Shown piece by piece: positions 36,670 to 47,381 of a DNA stretch of 64,000 nt (its first letter is position 1; each line of letters opens with the position of its first letter). This DNA is from an uncultured virus (IMG/VR IMGVR_UViG_3300030098_006004) (Duplodnaviria; Heunggongvirae; Uroviricota; Caudoviricetes): IMG/VR virus record IMGVR_UViG_3300030098_006004; one strand, 5' to 3'. Below the pieces are notes generated by a model. The model saw only the letters and a program-made list of their open reading frames with translations, was not told the origin of the DNA and ran no database searches. Made by a program: the position numbers and the translations under genes.

Positions 36670-38241
36670 TTATTCCTCCACTATGGCACAACTCGTTGTA
36701 AGTAGGGTGGAAGAAACTGAAGTGGCGTTTTCAATCGCATTTCTCGTAACTTTTTTAGGGTCAATAATCCCTGCTTCATACATATTAACCATCTTGCCGG
36801 TTGAAAAATCCCAACCTTGTCTTGTGTTCTTTGTTTTAAGAATCCTGTTGATGATTAAATCTGGTGATTCACCTGCGTTTAAAGCCATTTGTTTGATTGG
36901 TCCTGTAAGGGATTGTTTGATAATCTCCACCCCAATGGCTTGTTCGCTGTTGTCGGTTGTTACTTTTAGTTTGTGCGCTGCGCGGACAAGGGCTGTGCCT
37001 CCTCCTGTAACAGTTCCTTCCTGTTGTGCTGAACGGACTGCTTCAAGAGCATCCTCAACGCGATGCTTTTTCTCCATCATTTCAATCTCGGTTGCGCCGC
37101 CTACTTTGATAATGGCTACACCTGATGCTAGACGAGTGATACGTTCTTGGATGCGTTCGCACTCGTGGATGTCGTCTGTCTGGGTGATTTCCTCTTTAAG
37201 AGAAGCGATGCGCTTTTCTACTTCATCCCAATCAGATTCTCCATCAATAATGGTAGTATTATTTTTTATTACATCAATCTTCTTTGCTCGTCCAAGATGT
37301 TCTAATTTTGTTTCTGTTAAAGCCAAAGCCCCTGAGCGAGAAATAAAAGTAGCACCAGTAGAGATGCAGAGGTCTTGAAGGATGCCCCGACGCTCTTCAC
37401 CATAGCGAGGAGCCTTAACAGCAGCGATTTTCATAGAGCCGCGCACAGTATTCATGATCAGCGCAGCAAGGGCTTGACCTTCCACTTCTTCAGCGACAAT
37501 GATTAGAGCCTTGTTTTCTCTTGCCACTACTTCAAGTATAGGTAAGATTTCCTCTAGTTGTTCGATGCGGTGGTCTGTGACCAAGATAAGAGGGTCATCA
37601 TAAACCACAGCACCCCGCCGTTGGTCTGTTACAAAAGACTTGGAAAAATAACCTGAATCAAAGCGAAAGCCTTCAACTGTGTCTAACGTAGTTGTAAGAG
37701 ACTTGCTTTCTTCAATGGTTATAGAACCATCTTTACCTACCAAGTCAATAGCAGTTGATACTAGCTCGCCAATAGTTTCGTCGCCATTAGCAGAGATAGT
37801 AGCAATATGCTTAATGTCTTGGAGGCTGGAGACGGGAATGGAAAGCTCGTCAAGATTTTTAACAATCTCGGTCACTGCTTTATCCATACCTCTCTTCAGC
37901 TCTACCGGCGATACGCCAGAAGCCAAATACTTTTGTGCCTGAACAAGGATTTCCCTCGCCAGCACTGTTGAAGTCGTTGTCCCGTCTCCAGCATTAGTGT
38001 TGGTGTTTTGTGCAGCTTGTTTAAGAATTTGTGCTCCGACATTTTCAAACGGATCATCAAGATCAATAAACTTAGCGACAGTTACACCGTCTTTTGTAAC
38101 AATGGGCGACCCACCCTTTTTATGTAAGATAACATTGCGTCCTTTTGGACCAAGTGTGCTTGCTACATTATCAGCAAGCTTGTTGACCCCGTTAAGGATC
38201 TTCTCATTTAGTCCTGTACCAGACTGATAGTGTTTAGACAT
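36670..38241 (-). CDS. groEL: chaperonin GroEL
   Basis: TLGPKGRNV, TKDGVTVA, GDGTTT, ISANGD, KAP.YG, GGG; no GGM tail. Confidence 0.95.
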   Translation of the reverse strand: MSKHYQSGTGLNEKILNGVNKLADNVASTLGPKGRNVILHKKGGSPIVTKDGVTVAKFIDLDDPFENVGAQILKQAAQNTNTNAGDGTTTSTVLAREILVQAQKYLASGVSPVELKRGMDKAVTEIVKNLDELSIPVSSLQDIKHIATISANGDETIGELVSTAIDLVGKDGSITIEESKSLTTTLDTVEGFRFDSGYFSKSFVTDQRRGAVVYDDPLILVTDHRIEQLEEILPILEVVARENKALIIVAEEVEGQALAALIMNTVRGSMKIAAVKAPRYGEERRGILQDLCISTGATFISRSGALALTETKLEHLGRAKKIDVIKNNTTIIDGESDWDEVEKRIASLKEEITQTDDIHECERIQERITRLASGVAIIKVGGATEIEMMEKKHRVEDALEAVRSAQQEGTVTGGGTALVRAAHKLKVTTDNSEQAIGVEIIKQSLTGPIKQMALNAGESPDLIINRILKTKNTRQGWDFSTGKMVNMYEAGIIDPKKVTRNAIENATSVSSTLLTTSCAIVEE

Positions 38242-38289
38242 TTATACCTCGTTGCGTTACTCTATATTATAAACACATTCTAAAAGATT

Positions 38290-39171
38290 TCAAGTGATTT
38301 CTTTTAATATTCTATCTAACTCTAATCCCGAAGCATCCCACTTCTTTTTAGTTAGGTTGTAATGATTAACAACGCCTTTAAACTTGCCCTTGCGGGCTGA
38401 ATTATCTACGGTATCCAACAGGTTGCCATCGTCATTAAGTGGGCATTTAAGTTCTATCCCATAATGCTCGTGAAGGGCAGTTAATAGTGCCTTGTAGGCT
38501 TCTATCTGTACAGGGTAATACCCAAGGAAGGGTTTAATCTTGCGTCCGTGTACGCGCCAATTATCAATGACTGGGCGCAATCCGTGACCTCTGCGTTGAT
38601 AGGTGAGATTATACTTGGTATAAACAGCGTTGGAAAAATCAATACCGATGGATGCGTGGTTGACTGAGCGAATGCCCGCGTGCCATGCGGCGTGATTGGT
38701 ATCCACCAACTGAAGTATTGTTCCGTCATTATCGATTACAAAGTGGGTAGAGATTTTTCTTTTTTCTAGGATTCGCTTGCAAGAAGCAGCGGAGAGTGCC
38801 GCGTCCCAATGAGTTACAATCATCGTAGGGTTGCGTTGGCGCTTATATTTTGTAAAACATCCATCTTTAATCCAAGAAGTCTCAACCTTGTCCCACTGAA
38901 TTCTTCTTTTAAATCCGTCGCAGATAATAAACTTTGCATTTTCAATAGACTCTACCTCCTCATCAGGAATCTGGAGGTCCTGGCGTGAAGTATATATACG
39001 TCGATAGGTCATAGGACCACACAAGCCGTCGTCATCAAGTCCATTTTCCTTCTGAAAAGATTTTATTTTTTCAATCAAGTCATTATCAAAGCCAGCTGCG
39101 CCAAACCAAGAAGGCTCCCATCCGTGCTTTTTTGCAGAACGCTTGTTGTAATTACGTTTATACCAACTCAT
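38290..39171 (-). CDS. N-acetylmuramoyl-L-alanine amidase with peptidoglycan-binding domain (endolysin-like)
   Basis: FQ..NGL..DG..GP.T PG-binding motif; Amidase_2 motifs HW, STHF.ID.DG.I.Q, AWHAG, N..SIGI, H...K.D. Confidence 0.88.
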   Translation of the reverse strand: MSWYKRNYNKRSAKKHGWEPSWFGAAGFDNDLIEKIKSFQKENGLDDDGLCGPMTYRRIYTSRQDLQIPDEEVESIENAKFIICDGFKRRIQWDKVETSWIKDGCFTKYKRQRNPTMIVTHWDAALSAASCKRILEKRKISTHFVIDNDGTILQLVDTNHAAWHAGIRSVNHASIGIDFSNAVYTKYNLTYQRRGHGLRPVIDNWRVHGRKIKPFLGYYPVQIEAYKALLTALHEHYGIELKCPLNDDGNLLDTVDNSARKGKFKGVVNHYNLTKKKWDASGLELDRILKEIT

Positions 39172-39179
39172 AAGACACC

Positions 39180-39875
39180 TCATACGATAATATCAGCGAT
39201 TCCTAAATCCACCGCTTCTTGTGCAGTTAAATATACATTCATTTTTTTATCAATTAACTTTTTGATGTATTTTTGCGCCATGTTAGTTTCTTTAGCGAGA
39301 GCTTTAATATACTGACCTTGCGTCCATTTGGCTTCTTCCATTTCATTTTCAAGATCTGAAATGTGTCCGTGCTGTCCTGATATGACACCGTGAATCATCA
39401 CCCTACAGTGACGTCCAATCTTTCTTTTGCCTTTTGTTCCAGCGGCAAGAAGAAGAACGGCGGCTGACATTACTTTCCCCAACCCCATTGTTTCAATCTC
39501 GCATCTCTCACGAACATCTCTCATTGTATCATACACTGAGAACATGTCTGCGGCGGAGCCTCCATAAGAAGAGATAATCATCTCAATGGGATCATATTCA
39601 ATCTTTTCTTTAGAGCGAGGCTTTTCAGGGTCCGAGGGTATAACAACCTTTCCTGTTTTGTCCAGAACAATCAAAGAATAGACAATTTCTGAACAGATAT
39701 CTTCTTTAATAGTTCCGTAAAGCCCAATGGTTCTAATTTTTTCCTTTGGCTCCGCGTCTTCAGGTCCCATGTTAAAAACAATAGGAAAATCGGGCAGCAA
39801 CGGAGCTTCTTCTTCTTCAGTCGCTTCTTTCTTTTTTGTTTTCTTCTTTTTTTCCGTAGGGTTAGATAGTGACAT
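39180..39875 (-). CDS. clpP: ATP-dependent Clp protease proteolytic subunit
   Basis: ISSYGGS, G..MSA..LL..G.KGKR, MIH, YLTAQEA...G..D. Confidence 0.88.
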   Translation of the reverse strand: MSLSNPTEKKKKTKKKEATEEEEAPLLPDFPIVFNMGPEDAEPKEKIRTIGLYGTIKEDICSEIVYSLIVLDKTGKVVIPSDPEKPRSKEKIEYDPIEMIISSYGGSAADMFSVYDTMRDVRERCEIETMGLGKVMSAAVLLLAAGTKGKRKIGRHCRVMIHGVISGQHGHISDLENEMEEAKWTQGQYIKALAKETNMAQKYIKKLIDKKMNVYLTAQEAVDLGIADIIV

Positions 39876-39878
39876 ATT

Positions 39879-40262
39879 TTATTTTCCTTGGCGCAAGTCT
39901 CTTTTAATAAGTAGTCTCATTGCTTCTTCCCAGTTGTTAAATTTTAGCATAGATCTCAAGCTGGGTGGCAAAAGATGCTTTATACCAGCAATAGCAATAT
40001 CGTGCCACACATCTAGAAGTTGCTGGTCGGCTTCTCTCTCCTTTGTAATTTCATCTTCATCGATTTCTTGTTCTTTCATTTGAGCATATTTTAATTCGTT
40101 GGCTTTTTCTATATTATCGCTGACGAATTTAAACATTCTAAGTCCTGCGAAAGCGCAGTCATTAAAAAACACAATCTTTTTTGTGTAAAAGAAAAGGTAA
40201 CTTCCCACCTTATGAGATAAGACACCTGCTAAGAATAAAAACAATGCTGTCCAAAAATCCAT
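39879..40262 (-). CDS. membrane-anchored hypothetical protein
   Basis: Hydrophobic N-terminus; GGAGG RBS. Confidence 0.55.
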   Translation of the reverse strand: MDFWTALFLFLAGVLSHKVGSYLFFYTKKIVFFNDCAFAGLRMFKFVSDNIEKANELKYAQMKEQEIDEDEITKEREADQQLLDVWHDIAIAGIKHLLPPSLRSMLKFNNWEEAMRLLIKRDLRQGK

Positions 40263-40305
40263 TAGTCCTCCGCAATATTGTATTTATATTATAAACACCA
40301 GAACA

Positions 40306-40335
40306 TAAAAAGAAAGCCGGGATTTTTCCCGGCTT
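40306..40335 (-). terminator. intrinsic terminator
   Basis: AAGCCGGG(A)-loop-(T)CCCGGCTT hairpin followed by TCTTTTT on the minus strand. Confidence 0.7.
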
Positions 40336-40364
40336 AACTTATTTAACAAACTTTTTATTATTAT

Positions 40365-41048
40365 TTATTCGTTTGTTTTCTTTGCTTCAGCAAGAAGACG
40401 TTCCGCAACCTTGGCTGCGATAGCATCGATGAGCTTGCTGTGAGCGTCGTCTTCCACTACTTCTACGGCGTCTACTTCTACGTCACCTTCGTAATCTTCT
40501 TCTTCGAGACCGCCATAGCGTGTGGCTTTGTCTTCGGCACCGGTGGCGGTAATTCCGGCGAAGTCCGCGATGCCTGCTCCGACACTCTCTTCTTCTTCAA
40601 GGTCACTCTCTAATACAGGCTCTTCTTCGTCAATCTCGATATCTACATCGCCTACCTCGTCGTCTACATCGATGTCTACGGGGGGTTCTGGGTCCATGAT
40701 GGGTTCTGGGAGCGCTTCTTCTTCGCCGCCTTCGACTTCAACATTAAAATCGACATCCTCAAAATGCTTCTCAAGAACACCCATAAGGTCTTGTACAAGG
40801 TCTTCGGCTTCGGGCAAGTCCCCCGAAGGTTCTTCGATTTCTACCTCGGCACCTACCTCTACATCGTCAATTGGCATGTCGTCTGCCGGCATATCTACCA
40901 TGGCGACTTCTTCTTCGGCTTCGACTTCTTCCTGCTCATTGTAAGAATAGTAGTTTTCTTGAATAAACTTCTCGGAAAGGGCTGGAATGTTAGCCAACTT
41001 CATCATTTTACGAATCGTGGATTCTTTTAATACTTTTTTGTCGCTCAT
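40365..41048 (-). CDS. very acidic late protein, possible prohead core/scaffold component
   Basis: LKESTIRKMMKLANI N-terminus; D/E-rich; ACTATTTA at 41090-41097; own terminator. Confidence 0.55.
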   Translation of the reverse strand: MSDKKVLKESTIRKMMKLANIPALSEKFIQENYYSYNEQEEVEAEEEVAMVDMPADDMPIDDVEVGAEVEIEEPSGDLPEAEDLVQDLMGVLEKHFEDVDFNVEVEGGEEEALPEPIMDPEPPVDIDVDDEVGDVDIEIDEEEPVLESDLEEEESVGAGIADFAGITATGAEDKATRYGGLEEEDYEGDVEVDAVEVVEDDAHSKLIDAIAAKVAERLLAEAKKTNE

Positions 41049-41121
41049 CTCTTTTGACTCCTTGAGGTGAAAATAAAACTTATCTCTATTAAATAGTCTA
41101 GAATATTGATAAAAGCCTTTT

Positions 41122-41433
41122 TTATTCCATTATCGAATGGTCTTCCTCGCCGCTACGAAGAGCTGACAGGATGGCTCGAACATCTTCCTCTTTGATTCCC
41201 TTTCGGGCAAGTCGCTTTACAAACTTATCTACTGTGATGTCTTGTATTTGTTTAATCCTTACAAAGCTAACGCCCATGCGGTCTGAAATCTCTCTCAAGG
41301 AAAGAGGTCCATTCTCGTTTGCACAGACAATGGCACAATTTAAATCTTCTTCATAGTTTATCCAGTAACGACAATCGTTTACTGGACATGACACTTCGTT
41401 ATCAATGCACATATCAAAACATTTCTTTTTCAT
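41122..41433 (-). CDS. Cys-rich protein with a sigma70 region-4-like HTH
   Basis: C..C......CP...CRYWI......NC; LSLREISDRMGVSFVRIKQI. Confidence 0.7.
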   Translation of the reverse strand: MKKKCFDMCIDNEVSCPVNDCRYWINYEEDLNCAIVCANENGPLSLREISDRMGVSFVRIKQIQDITVDKFVKRLARKGIKEEDVRAILSALRSGEEDHSIME

Positions 41434-41780
41434 AAATCTGGGTGTTCCTTTTCTAAAATATCAAAGATGTTCTCAATATCATCTTTGTTAAGGGCAAAAT
41501 CTTGTTCAAGTTCTCTCCCCTTTTCTAATAGCTTTTCTGTTTCTTTTCGCTTCTTCTTGTTGTGAATAACATATTTTTCTTTATACTCGGCAATGTAAGC
41601 CATAATGTGTTCATCTTTGGCTAGGTATCCCGCAATCATAGCTCGGAAGAAGTTGGATTGGTTCATCCCATCGTATTGTAGGCGGATACGAAGGTCAATT
41701 TGGTTCTTCTCCGTATCATAGAACATAAACTTCTTACGCTCGTCCTCTGAAGGTGCTGGTGGATACTTGGCTCTTCCCAC
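41430..41780 (-). CDS. conserved hypothetical protein
   Basis: ORF track; coupled to neighbours. Confidence 0.55.
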   Translation of the reverse strand: MGRAKYPPAPSEDERKKFMFYDTEKNQIDLRIRLQYDGMNQSNFFRAMIAGYLAKDEHIMAYIAEYKEKYVIHNKKKRKETEKLLEKGRELEQDFALNKDDIENIFDILEKEHPDL

Positions 41781-42802
41781 TATTTGTTCCTCATTAGAAT
41801 GTGAGTAAAACTTTCTTGTTGACCAGCGTTAGTTTGTTTAATAAACTGAGCCTTGGTGCGAAGTTGCATAAGGTTTCTTGCACCTGTATAAGAAAGTCCG
41901 CTTCTGATGCCGCCTGCCAAATCTTTTAAGACCTGCTTGGCTGATCCTTTATAAGCAACTGTGGTTGAGATGCCTTCTGGTGTAGAAGACTTGCCTCTCC
42001 AGTCCGTTTGAGCGTCTTTTGAAGCCATGCCCCTGTATACTTTATACTTCTTGCCTGACTGGCTTGTAAATACTTGCCCTGGCGTTTCGTCTGTCCCTGC
42101 GAACATAGAGCCAACCATTACAAAGTCAGCACCAGCAGCAAGGGCTTTTACAATATCTCCGCTTTTCTTAATACCGCCGTCAGCAATAATCTTTACATCG
42201 TGGTGAGTTCTCGCGCAGTCAATAATATTCTGCAAGGTAGGCACTCCATGCCCTGATACAAGTCGAGTAGAGCAGATAGAGCCTCCTCCAATTCCACATC
42301 GGACAGAATCAGCACCCCACTCGGCTAAAGCGTTAAGACCTTCTAGCGTGCCTACATTCCCTGCCATGATATGAACTGTGTCACTAAATGTTTTCTTTAA
42401 CATTGTGAGTGCGTTCTTCATCATAGAATGATGACCGTGAGCCACATCCACGCAAAGAATCTTTGCTCCGCTCATAACCAAAGCCTCTGCTCGGTCAAGA
42501 TAATCTCCTGTCACTCCAATGGCTGCGGCAGGATGGTCAACCAAATCTTCAACAGCTTCAGTTATCATCTTGCACTGCTCCTGGATTGAGTTGTAGCGGT
42601 GGATAATTCCTAAACCGCCTGCCTTGCTCATCTCTTTGGCCATCGTGCCTTCGGTAATAGTGTCCATAGGGCTGGAGATAACTGGAAGATGGAGGGTGAT
42701 GTTGTCGTCTAGGTCACTGTTGATGTTTACCTCAGAGCGACTTTCTATGTCGCTGTATTGAGGGACCATTAGAACATCGTCAAATGATACTGCTTCTTTC
42801 AT
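41780..42802 (-). CDS. IMP dehydrogenase / GMP reductase family protein (no CBS domains)
   Basis: [50 protein letters not shown]. Confidence 0.9.
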   Translation of the reverse strand: MKEAVSFDDVLMVPQYSDIESRSEVNINSDLDDNITLHLPVISSPMDTITEGTMAKEMSKAGGLGIIHRYNSIQEQCKMITEAVEDLVDHPAAAIGVTGDYLDRAEALVMSGAKILCVDVAHGHHSMMKNALTMLKKTFSDTVHIMAGNVGTLEGLNALAEWGADSVRCGIGGGSICSTRLVSGHGVPTLQNIIDCARTHHDVKIIADGGIKKSGDIVKALAAGADFVMVGSMFAGTDETPGQVFTSQSGKKYKVYRGMASKDAQTDWRGKSSTPEGISTTVAYKGSAKQVLKDLAGGIRSGLSYTGARNLMQLRTKAQFIKQTNAGQQESFTHILMRNK

Positions 42803-42843
42803 TATGTTCTCTCTTGCCCAACTTGCGGGCTTCATAACACTAA

Positions 42844-43434
42844 TCATTGTATCTCTACTTCGTTTAAAAGGGCGTGTTCTCCCCATAGTTCTATTGCTTT
42901 TTTATTATAAACAAGGGCAGCTTCCTGCTCGCAGGTGTGATAGCCGAGGTGGATACTTTTTCTTTTGTGTTCAATCTGTGCACGCCACTTGTTCCCTTGC
43001 TTACACCAGCTAACCCCTTTGTATTGCGAGGAGGAGTTTTTGGCGGACCGCGTGTTCTGATTATTTTGGGATATGGTCACAAACCTTAAGTTGTCTTTTC
43101 TGTTATCCAGCCCAATATGGTTTATGTGGTCAATAACCTTTCCCCTTTGGGGTTTCCCCATTATAAGATGATGGAGCTTTAAAGTGGTCGTCCGCTTTCT
43201 TGGATATCCATCAGTCCGGTTTATACGATAACCTCCGTCTGGATGTGGAATGTTGGTAGCGGCGTAAGGATATCGTTGACTTGCGCGACCGCCAAGTCGC
43301 CACCTATGCTCTTTTGCCTTATCCCAGTCTTCTGTATCGATGACGATTGTGTGTTTACCTGGGAAGTGTTTACTCTTGCTTTCCACAAAGATAAAGGTTG
43401 TTCCATCATCGTTATGTTGGTATTTATTTTTCAT
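42844..43434 (-). CDS. HNH endonuclease with AP2 DNA-binding domain (free-standing homing endonuclease)
   Basis: IDHINH..LDNRK.NLR; SSQYKGVSW...KWRAQI......LG....EAA..YN..A..L.GE.A.LN. Confidence 0.9.
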   Translation of the reverse strand: MKNKYQHNDDGTTFIFVESKSKHFPGKHTIVIDTEDWDKAKEHRWRLGGRASQRYPYAATNIPHPDGGYRINRTDGYPRKRTTTLKLHHLIMGKPQRGKVIDHINHIGLDNRKDNLRFVTISQNNQNTRSAKNSSSQYKGVSWCKQGNKWRAQIEHKRKSIHLGYHTCEQEAALVYNKKAIELWGEHALLNEVEIQ

Positions 43435-43708
43435 TGTTTGCCTTTAGGATTTCGAGGTGTCTTTGGAGATACCAGATAGCCTTTTCAATATCCTCGCAAG
43501 GGTTTTGTTTATGTTTATGTCGCGCAATATATTTAAGCGCATTTCCGTCGTGAAAACCAAGGTTCCAATCTTCAATCGCATCGATCGCTTCGATTTTGCC
43601 AGCGTTATAGTGTTGCGGGTGGTTGACTCTTTCTTCATTTACATCTCCAAAACCCATGTCATGACCTGCAAGGGTGGTGTAAGATCCGGGTGGAACTAAG
43701 TTACTCAT
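43424..43708 (-). CDS. DUF3310 family protein
   Basis: VNHP.HY..G.IE.ID.I, GNALKYI.R...K....EDI.KA.WYL. Confidence 0.85.
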   Translation of the reverse strand: MSNLVPPGSYTTLAGHDMGFGDVNEERVNHPQHYNAGKIEAIDAIEDWNLGFHDGNALKYIARHKHKQNPCEDIEKAIWYLQRHLEILKANNEK

Positions 43709-44163
43709 TCGCCTGTACTCCCAAGGGCTCCATCTCCTCGTTCCGAGATTGTAATTGGATACCAGTTGTAAAGATCTCCTGAGCTTGTTTCTAAGGCTCG
43801 AAAGGGAATAACCGGTATAAGAACCACTTGAGCAATTTTAACATGTGGTCCAATAGTTTGTGTTGTGCTTCCTATGTTGTGCATATCGATGAACACCTCA
43901 CCGTCGTAGCCTGAATCAACAACGTGTGCTCCAACAATCAAGTTTTTTTTGGCTGCTACAGAAGATCTGTTCATTACCTGCAACATGTATCCATGCGGAA
44001 CACCGAAGCGCAAGCCTGTTTGGAACCTGGCGCTTTGACCAGGAGTTAAAGAGATGCTGTTCCCATCTTCTGGATTAAAATAAACATCAAGTCCAGCATC
44101 GCTTGGATTGCCTCTTGTCGGCGGAACAACGTCCTCTCTTAATCTAGCGTATTCAACGATCAT
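43705..44163 (-). CDS. dut: trimeric dUTPase
   Basis: DAGLD, RSS, VVDSGY.GE, IAQ, RG.GA.GSTG. Confidence 0.92.
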   Translation of the reverse strand: MIVEYARLREDVVPPTRGNPSDAGLDVYFNPEDGNSISLTPGQSARFQTGLRFGVPHGYMLQVMNRSSVAAKKNLIVGAHVVDSGYDGEVFIDMHNIGSTTQTIGPHVKIAQVVLIPVIPFRALETSSGDLYNWYPITISERGDGALGSTGE

Positions 44164-44443
44164 TTCTTTCCTCCACTCGTTTTTTGAAATCATCAATAAT
44201 AGCCCGTGCATTATTCCAACACTCAGGGCAATATAAATTTACTTGGTTTTCTTTTTCCTTTACAACAACAGACCAAGACATTACTTGCTTTTTGTCTTTC
44301 TTGTCAAAAGGTTTAGAACAAACCATACACTCATCGCCAAGGTGACCAAAAAGCGACATCTTTGTTGCGATGTCTTTCTTTAGGGCTTTTTTGGCTTTTT
44401 TGAGTTTGTTACGTTTTACTTGTCTACTAAAGCTGTTTCCCAT
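44153..44443 (-). CDS. conserved zinc-finger protein
   Basis: C.VC..PFDK...LYCPECW. Confidence 0.65.
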   Translation of the reverse strand: MGNSFSRQVKRNKLKKAKKALKKDIATKMSLFGHLGDECMVCSKPFDKKDKKQVMSWSVVVKEKENQVNLYCPECWNNARAIIDDFKKRVEERNDR

Positions 44444-44473
44444 TTGTATATTATAAACACTTTATCGAAGTTA

Positions 44474-44701
44474 TCAAGGATTAAATAATGAAACTATCTC
44501 AACATATTTTCTCCAAATGAGTTCTGTGAATTTATCTTCAAACCAGTAGATTTCTACCAATTCATGAATGTCACGCTCATGAAGAATTTCAATAAGAAAG
44601 GTGTTTTGATATTTTTCATACACATTATCACATACGACCATGCCGTAATAATCTTTTCCTTCAATGTTTTCACACCATCTGACTAAATCGCCTTTCTTCA
44701 A
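44474..44701 (-). CDS. GDLV-family SH3/KOW-like protein
   Basis: MKKGDLVRW...YGMVV...IYW...VEIVS. Confidence 0.65.
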   Translation of the reverse strand: MKKGDLVRWCENIEGKDYYGMVVCDNVYEKYQNTFLIEILHERDIHELVEIYWFEDKFTELIWRKYVEIVSLFNP

Positions 44702-44716
44702 ACATACTTCCCCCTA

Positions 44717-46171
44717 CTAAAATATACCGCTCTTAAGTTGTTTAATAAATGTACTCATTAACTTATTAGCTTCCGCAACATATTTTTTCTTATCTTTCCA
44801 TCCCATTTCTGGTTTTAATATTTCTTCTGGAATCCATTTACAATCGGAGGGAATTTCTAAATCCGTATAAATATGCTTCTCAAAGCTATATTCCTTCATC
44901 CATCCGTTCTGAATAGACTGAACGATTCGCCGGGTAAGGGCAATAGGCATTCTTTCGCCTTCTCCATAAGGACCTCTTGTCCATCCCGTATTTACCAGCC
45001 AGCACGTTACATTGTGTTCTTTTATTTTTTCCTTAAGCAATTGGGCATAAGCCTGCGGCTTGAGAGGCATAAAAGGCGCTCCAAAGCAATGAGAAAAGGT
45101 AGCTTCGGGTTCTTTAATCCCCTTTTCAGTTCCCGCTACCTTGGCTGTATATCCTAAAAGAAATTGTTCTACCGCGCTTGTGGTGTTCAAACGAGCTACG
45201 GGAGGTAAGATACCATAAGCATCACAGGTCAACATAATAACATTGCTAGGGTGAGAACTTTTTGCATCCATCCAACTGTTTTTTACAAACTCTAAGGGGT
45301 AAGAAGCGCGGCTATTCTGAGCGATGGAGTCGTCGGTAAAGTCAGGCTCTCCCTCGTTCACCACTACATTCTCTAAAACGGTGCCAAATTTATGGCAGGC
45401 TTGGTATATGAGAGGCTCATCCTCTTGAGACAAGTTGATAGTCTTAGCATAGCAGCCCCCCTCAAAATTGAAGACGCCATCTTTTGACCAACCATGTTCA
45501 TCGTCACCAACAAGCCAATTGTCAATGTCAGCAGAGAGAGTTGTCTTGCCAGTTCCCGATAAGCCAAAAAACACTGTGCTGCCCATTGTGGTGCGAGTGA
45601 CGTTGACTGAGCAATGCATAGGCAGAATGCCACGTTGAGGCAAGAGAAAATTAAGAACAGTAAAAACTGACTTCTTCATTTCTCCAGCGTAAGAAGTTCC
45701 TGAAATAAATATTTCTTTGTCTTCAAAAGAAATAACGACTCTGGGGTCCTGACTATTTCCAGGGATATAATAGAGGTTAAACTCGGGCTCAAAACCTTCG
45801 AGTTCCTCTTGCGAAGGAGTGAAGAACATGTTTCTGGCAAAAACGGAATGCCAAGCATTAGAAGTGTGAATGCGAACTTTTAGGCGATGTTGTGGATCTG
45901 CGCCTGCATGTACTTCCTGCACAAAGAGTTCGTCCGGTATGTTGTAGTTTTTTTTAAAGATCTCAAAATTTTGCTTGGTCATTTTTTGGTTGTTTTTCCA
46001 ATCTACCAAATCTTTTGTTATATGGTCCTCCACGATAAACTTTGCTTCTGGTGATCGACCGGTATGGGGAGCGGTATTAACAACTAGCGAGCCAGCATTA
46101 GTGAGACTTGCGCTATTTTCGCCACGTAATAAAGCTTCGCGGATTAACTCCGCACGACATAAATTTTTCAT
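44717..46171 (-). CDS. pckA: phosphoenolpyruvate carboxykinase (ATP)
   Basis: TGRSP..K, YAGEMKK, MHCS.N, FFGLSGTGKTTLS, GDDEHGW, FNFEGGCYAK, CFGAPF, LVNTGW. Confidence 0.95.
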   Translation of the reverse strand: MKNLCRAELIREALLRGENSASLTNAGSLVVNTAPHTGRSPEAKFIVEDHITKDLVDWKNNQKMTKQNFEIFKKNYNIPDELFVQEVHAGADPQHRLKVRIHTSNAWHSVFARNMFFTPSQEELEGFEPEFNLYYIPGNSQDPRVVISFEDKEIFISGTSYAGEMKKSVFTVLNFLLPQRGILPMHCSVNVTRTTMGSTVFFGLSGTGKTTLSADIDNWLVGDDEHGWSKDGVFNFEGGCYAKTINLSQEDEPLIYQACHKFGTVLENVVVNEGEPDFTDDSIAQNSRASYPLEFVKNSWMDAKSSHPSNVIMLTCDAYGILPPVARLNTTSAVEQFLLGYTAKVAGTEKGIKEPEATFSHCFGAPFMPLKPQAYAQLLKEKIKEHNVTCWLVNTGWTRGPYGEGERMPIALTRRIVQSIQNGWMKEYSFEKHIYTDLEIPSDCKWIPEEILKPEMGWKDKKKYVAEANKLMSTFIKQLKSGIF

Positions 46172-46187
46172 ATACCACCTTTAAATA

Positions 46188-47381
46188 TTAACTTAGCATA
46201 CTCATTAAAGAACTTAAAGAAGAAAGATCATCTAAATCCATTGTTGTGGGTTCGAGCTTTCCTCTTACTTGGTTGGCGAGCGTAAAGCTGTGGCGTCCGT
46301 ATTTGCCGCCGTGCTGCTTTAGTCTAAAACGTATTTGTCCTCTCAAGCCTTCGCCAAAAAGAGGTATTCCGAGTAAATCTGCTGTTTCTTGATTTAAAGC
46401 ATACAATCCGTATCCTTTAATCTGCATCAAGTTATCTCCTTTGCTGGCGTAATACTTAGTAATAGTGGATGCATCATATGGAATATATAAGCTTTCTCTG
46501 TCTCCAAACCAATCGCTTCTAATGATCCCTGCAAGCTCAGGTGTCTTTTCACTTCTCTTTAATCCAAATACATAACCTTTCTTTTCAATATATATGTCTC
46601 CATATTTTTCTGAATTTGTGCCGACTCCTTTTTCATCTAAAGTTAAAAAAGAAGGAAGATTGCCGGCTTCTCTTACTTGATTCAAAATAGCTTGGAATAA
46701 TGCCAACTTGTCGGGACTTTTTTTCATTTGATTGGTTTCGTTTATTTCCCATTCGTTTGTGGCTAGTTCATATCGTGCAGTTCCTTGTCCAAAATCTGCT
46801 CCGATGTTTGTTTTCGCTTCTATGGATAAGTTTATGTTGCCATCTGGGCTGCTTAACACAATATCTGAACCGTGACCGAAGCCTGCGGTTGTGACGCTAA
46901 ATTGACCAGAGAAAAACTCTCCTAATGACGCCTCTAAGTCCTTTTCATATTGTTCGCCTGCGTCTTGAGGTCGCGTTCTAGCTTTCCCCGATGGTTTTAT
47001 GTAAAAATAAACCTTATCTCGGGGGTCTTGTGTGCTAGTAAATCTACCAGCGCCGTTGTGTGTGTGATCATAAACAAAATCCAAACCCGCCAACTCATTT
47101 TTCATTTGCAACGAAAGTTCTCTCCTGTCATCACGCGACAATGGTACTAAAAGCTTAAACACAGTAACATAAGCGGAGCTTTTTTTCTGCTCAAAATTCT
47201 CATCACTATATCCCTTGGTTCTAAGAAAGCTTTTCAAGCTGTCCGCTACGGAAGACCAGGCATCTTCCTCTAGTAAAGTTTCTTCAAAGACAGAGAGAGC
47301 CATATCATCAAGACTTTCTTCAATTTTGTTTTGGTTTTTTGAATTCTTAAATTCTTTCCATAGTTTTTCGTTCATGTTCAT
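46188..47381 (-). CDS. PD-(D/E)XK restriction-endonuclease-like protein with acidic N-terminal leader
   Basis: AG..YE, GSD...IEAK....DFGQ, YY..KG....QI.G.GLY. Confidence 0.65.
   Translation of the reverse strand: MNMNEKLWKEFKNSKNQNKIEESLDDMALSVFEETLLEEDAWSSVADSLKSFLRTKGYSDENFEQKKSSAYVTVFKLLVPLSRDDRRELSLQMKNELAGLDFVYDHTHNGAGRFTSTQDPRDKVYFYIKPSGKARTRPQDAGEQYEKDLEASLGEFFSGQFSVTTAGFGHGSDIVLSSPDGNINLSIEAKTNIGADFGQGTARYELATNEWEINETNQMKKSPDKLALFQAILNQVREAGNLPSFLTLDEKGVGTNSEKYGDIYIEKKGYVFGLKRSEKTPELAGIIRSDWFGDRESLYIPYDASTITKYYASKGDNLMQIKGYGLYALNQETADLLGIPLFGEGLRGQIRFRLKQHGGKYGRHSFTLANQVRGKLEPTTMDLDDLSSLSSLMSMLS

Noticed and set aside
36656..37378. Long plus-strand ORFs opposite groEL, the sigma factor (7109..7726) and other minus-strand genes
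   Set aside because: Antisense shadow frames of well-supported genes, with no RBS or recognisable motifs.
42844..43434. HNH-AP2 gene as part of a group I intron
   Set aside because: It lies between two intact genes (DUF3310 and IMPDH/GMPR), with no split host gene or room for intron structure.
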